A stretch of 20,800 nt of DNA from a virus (lineage: Duplodnaviria; Heunggongvirae; Uroviricota; Caudoviricetes), in the IMG/VR virus record IMGVR_UViG_3300002641_000714. The stretch is one strand, 5' to 3'. The notes beneath the pieces were generated by a model that ran no database searches, had not been told where the DNA came from, and saw only the letters and a program-made list of their open reading frames with translations. Within the stretch, counting starts at the first letter, position 1; each line of letters opens with the position of its first letter. This document shows, piece after piece, positions 17,640 through 20,800 of the stretch. The position numbers were made by a program, and so were the translations under genes.

Positions 17640-18518
17640 ATGAATTCTATATTTAACAATAGTAATGATGAAATTGATCAAATAATGCGTGATTAGGCCG
17701 ATAAAACGGAGAAAGCAGTAAATAGCGGATTTGATGTAAGTAAAATTAAAGATGATTATGTTAAATTACGTAACGGCGGTATTGTACATCTTCGCCCGTC
17801 ATGGTTGGCAAACCAAGTTGCATATATGTTAAATGATATGCGAAGCGATGGCGCATATTCATTTATAAAACCGTTTATTATGAAACCTGTAATATGGACA
17901 TATGAAATAGACTCGGCATGTACAGACGGAATCCGTATTTATATGTCACCGTTATTTGCGCATAATATGTTTTTAGCTACTAGTAAAGCTGTTAAAGAAT
18001 ATGAAAATAATGTAACATATGATGAATTATAGGATGAAGAAAAATATACACAAACAAAAAATATTTTAAAAACAAAACTTGTTCGTTTTGTAATTGTTCA
18101 TGAAGTATATCATATTTTATATAATCATGTTAGACGCGGTATATTAAAATACGGTTCCAATGCACCTGCATCAGATCATACATTAGGTAATTATGCAATG
18201 GACCTTGAAATTAACCGTGATATTGAATCTTGTTTTCCGGAATTACGCGGTTCTACTGAAACAATTGACGGTGTTTGGTGGGAAAATGAAAAATTTTATA
18301 GTTCCAAAGGTGAAAAATTTATGCGTGAAATATGGGAAGATATATGGGATGATTGGAAAAATAGCGGTAAATCATTTAGGCAAGAAGATGTATTTAATGA
18401 AGGTGCAAATCCGACACAAAAAAGTAATGCACAAGCAGGCCCGTATGCAGACGGATGGCGTAAAGCTATTGATGCAATTAAAAACAAACAAATAGATCCT
18501 AGAACATTTAATATTTAA
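17640..18518 (+). CDS. Putative metallopeptidase (DUF2201 N-terminal-like), 292 aa, two TAGs read as Gln
   Basis: The frame is continuous through TAG 17694 and 18030. It has SACTDGIRIY, HEVYHILYNHVRR (HExxH...H) and NYAMDLEIN, joining track ORFs 17805-18032 and 18198-18518. Confidence 0.82.
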
Positions 18519-18543
18519 GAAAATATAAAATTTTAATAATTAT

Positions 18544-20559
18544 ATGAAAAATAATTTAACTAAAAGATTAATTGAAGCGAAAACCACTTAGTCTTCGATA
18601 TTATCTGATAAGTATTCAGCAGCATAGTTAAAAAATATTGAAGATATTGTTAAACCATTATTAGATGCAGCAGAATTAACTGCATATAATAATATGTCTG
18701 CTAATGAAAAAGGTGAATATTTATCAGGCTTTGCAGAGAATATTAAAGAATGGCAAAACGCTAAAGAACAAGCAAACAATCCTTAGCAAGGCGGCCAACA
18801 AGGCGGATAGCAAGGAGGCCAACAACCTGATGACGGTTTATCACATTGGAAACCAGCTACAAAATCGTAGGATAGCGATGCTCAAGAATTGGGCAAAAAT
18901 GACAATGCAGTTTTCTCTGATAGTGAAAAGGAACTAGATGATGCAGAAAAAGAAATGCAACAAGCATAGAAAAATGCAAATAATGCAGAAGATATTGCAG
19001 ATTCCGCGCAACAAATTGCTGATGCTGCTCAAAAGGCGGCAGATGCTGCACAGGCTGCGGCTGATCAAGCAAATGAAAATGCAGATAATTCTAAATCTAA
19101 TCAGGATATAGAAAATGCAGATAAAGCACAAGCTGCCGCAGATGCCGCTCAAAAATTAGCTGATGAAGCAAAACAAGCAGCTAATAAAGCTAAACAACTT
19201 GCAGATGAAGCACAAAAAGCTGCAAATGAAGGAAAAACAAAAGAAGCCGGTGGTAAAACACGGGAAGCTATTGAAGCAACCCAAAAAGCTGCAGATAAAG
19301 CAGCAGCTGCACAAATGAATGCAAAAAATGCAATATAGGCTGCTAAACAAACTCAACAAGGCCAACAATCTGGACAACAAGGTAGCCAACCAGGTCAACA
19401 AGGTGGTTAGCAATCTGGTTAGCAATCTGGTCAACAAGGTGGTCAACAGGGTAGTCAATCTGGACAATAGAGTGGTCAACCAGGTAGCCAACAAGGTGGA
19501 TAGCAAGGCAGTCAAGGCAATAATATTGATAATACACCTGATCCAGAATTATAGGAAGTTAATAGTCAATTTGATCCTAATGGTGAAGTTCAGCATGATA
19601 AACCATTTGATACTGAAATAAATTGGGGCGGTAATGATTTCTATGGTGACAGTGAAGAAGCCAGACAAAGATTCAGAGAAATCGCCGAACGTGCAGGTCA
19701 ACCATTAGATGCAGATGATTATTAGTCTCCACAGGAATATGCTGGAAAAAAATATCGTGAAGCAAAAGGTGCTTTATCAAAATGGAAACCTCATGGAAAT
19801 CCTGGAAATTTTGGTAATAAACCTGATGTGTTAGAAGAGGTATTTGCCAGATTATTTGATTCAACATTTGATTGGAAAACCATAGTAGCCAATTTTATGA
19901 CAGTTGAACATCCAGTAGATAAAGAAGATATTTGGGCGAAACGTCGTATGGGCGTTGATAACACACACCCGTTCTATATCGGTAGATATCAACATCCATA
20001 TGAAGAGGATATAGATAAACCTGTCGGATTAGCACAAGTATTTTTCTTAGTTGATGCTTCCGGATCTATGTGGACAGTGGCTGGAGATGGTATTAGTATA
20101 TTTGATCATATTATGTCAGATTTAATTCAAATTGAATTGGATGCTAAGGTACAACGATCTGCATACGCACCATTTACCACTGGCAGTATTTCACGTGATG
20201 ATGTAATAGTATGGACATGGGAAGATGCATAGGACGAAGAATCTCTTCTTGAACAATTTTTATTACCAAAAAATCCCGGAGGAACATCAGCACTTGATGC
20301 AATTAAATCAGTTTAGTCATTTGATGATGTATATAATATGGGAAATCCATAGACATTATTAATTGTTGTAACTGACGGTGAGGATCATTATAATGGATTA
20401 AATGAAATATGTGAAGATCCTAGTCAAGTTGATAATATGTTATGGATTATAACAAATGACAGTGAAAGCAAATTTAATGAAGCGTCAAAAGCATTATAGG
20501 AACAAGGTGTTCCTGATGATCATATTCTCTTTATTAATATTCTTAAAGAGTGGGGATAA
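18544..20559 (+). CDS. vWA-domain protein with Q/G low-complexity tracts and an Ala-rich coiled coil, 671 aa, 17 TAGs read as Gln
   Basis: One frame from ATG 18544 to TAA 20557-20559 interrupted only by TAGs (18589, 18625, 18784, 18808, 18868, 18967, 19336, 19408, 19420, 19468, 19501, 19552, 19723, 20230, 20314, 20350, 20497). MIDAS motifs VDASGS, GGTS and VTDGE. Confidence 0.88.
18784..19518 (+). repeat. Coding low-complexity region: QQGG tract, Ala/Gln/Asp/Lys helical repeat, QQ(G/S)G tract
   Basis: QQGG x3 at 18784-18825, AQKAADAA-like repeats at about 18930-19345, and a Q/G/S tract at 19348-19518. Confidence 0.85.
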
Positions 20560-20600
20560 TTTAAAAAATGTTAAAAATTATTATTTTAAGTTATTTTTAT

Positions 20601-20618
20601 TAAAATAAATAATAAAAT
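20601..20618 (+). promoter_or_regulatory. Putative late-promoter motif variant TAAAATAAATAATAAAAT
   Basis: Identical to 6905-6922, upstream of ATG 20654. Confidence 0.5.
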
Positions 20619-20653
20619 AGATAATACATAATAAAAATATATAATATTTTAAA

Positions 20654-20800
20654 ATGAGAAGAAAATTAAATGAAGGTGAGGAATTTAATGAAGAATTATT
20701 GGATGGTGTAAAAATTTGCGTATCTGATATTCGTAATGATGATTCCGAAATGGACTGCAATGAACTTAGAGATATCTTTGTTAATGCAGGTGCTGAAGTA
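20654..20800 (+). CDS. Hypothetical protein, 3' partial, beginning MRRKLNEGEEFNEE
   Basis: Open from ATG 20654 to the window end (49 codons), with an N-terminal LNE motif. Confidence 0.65.
   Translation, partial: MRRKLNEGEEFNEELLDGVKICVSDIRNDDSEMDCNELRDIFVNAGAEV

Noticed and set aside
1363-18495. Other overlapping track ORFs (1363-1644, 3643-3825, 5667-5849, 6273-6518, 6343-6528, 7667-7951, 9175-9378, 10382-10573, 11538-11753, 12384-12635, 14712-15011, 16416-16628, 18193-18495, 18296-18487)
   Set aside because: Each overlaps a better-supported gene or the tmRNA in another frame or strand and shows no recognisable motif.
18784-19518. TAG as pyrrolysine or another residue
   Set aside because: TAG substitutes for CAA in otherwise matching QQGG/QQSG repeats, and no pyl genes are seen.
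18588-19867. Minus-strand and off-frame ORFs over the vWA gene (18588-18779, 18704-18937, 18857-19072, 18934-19152, 19156-19515, 19319-19621, 19343-19537, 19673-19867)
   Set aside because: They are shadows of the low-complexity + strand frame. Their Leu/Cys/Phe-rich repeats mirror CAA/GCA codons.
1-20559. Pseudogenes with nonsense mutations
   Set aside because: All interruptions are TAG, never TAA or TGA or frameshifts, and catalytic motifs are intact on both sides of them.
20654-20800. BRCT-like start (ELRDIFVNAGAEV)
   Set aside because: Only 49 codons are visible, too little to support a domain call.

Overview
This is a very AT-rich phage-like window (roughly a quarter G+C by eye, not computed). 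It only reads coherently if TAG encodes Gln (genetic code 15). With that code, many fragments in the ORF track join into full genes, and every complete CDS I call ends in TAA. The recoding, a Bacteroidota-type tmRNA tag and the gene content suggest a large gut phage of a Bacteroidota host, plausibly Lak-like; this is inference, and there is no hallmark capsid or terminase gene here. Left to right: (1) the 3' part of a modular BspA-like LRR protein; (2) a PLOD-type glycosyltransferase, apparently circularly permuted, fused to an NAD-dependent sugar epimerase; (3) a holin-like gene; (4) a tmRNA; (5) a + strand cluster of probable virion/head proteins carrying recurring (L/I/V)NE motifs; (6) a TAG-free minus-strand block including an HExxH protein and an outer-membrane beta-barrel; (7) a DUF6734-like protein; (8) a three-gene module of AAA+ ATPase, HExxH metallopeptidase-like protein and vWA protein. 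A conserved AT-rich promoter-like motif lies upstream of several + strand units and the tmRNA. The strongest candidates for new biology are the AAA/peptidase/vWA module with its sharply unequal TAG load, a shared 23-aa putative capsid-targeting/cleavage signal, and the permuted glycosyltransferase.
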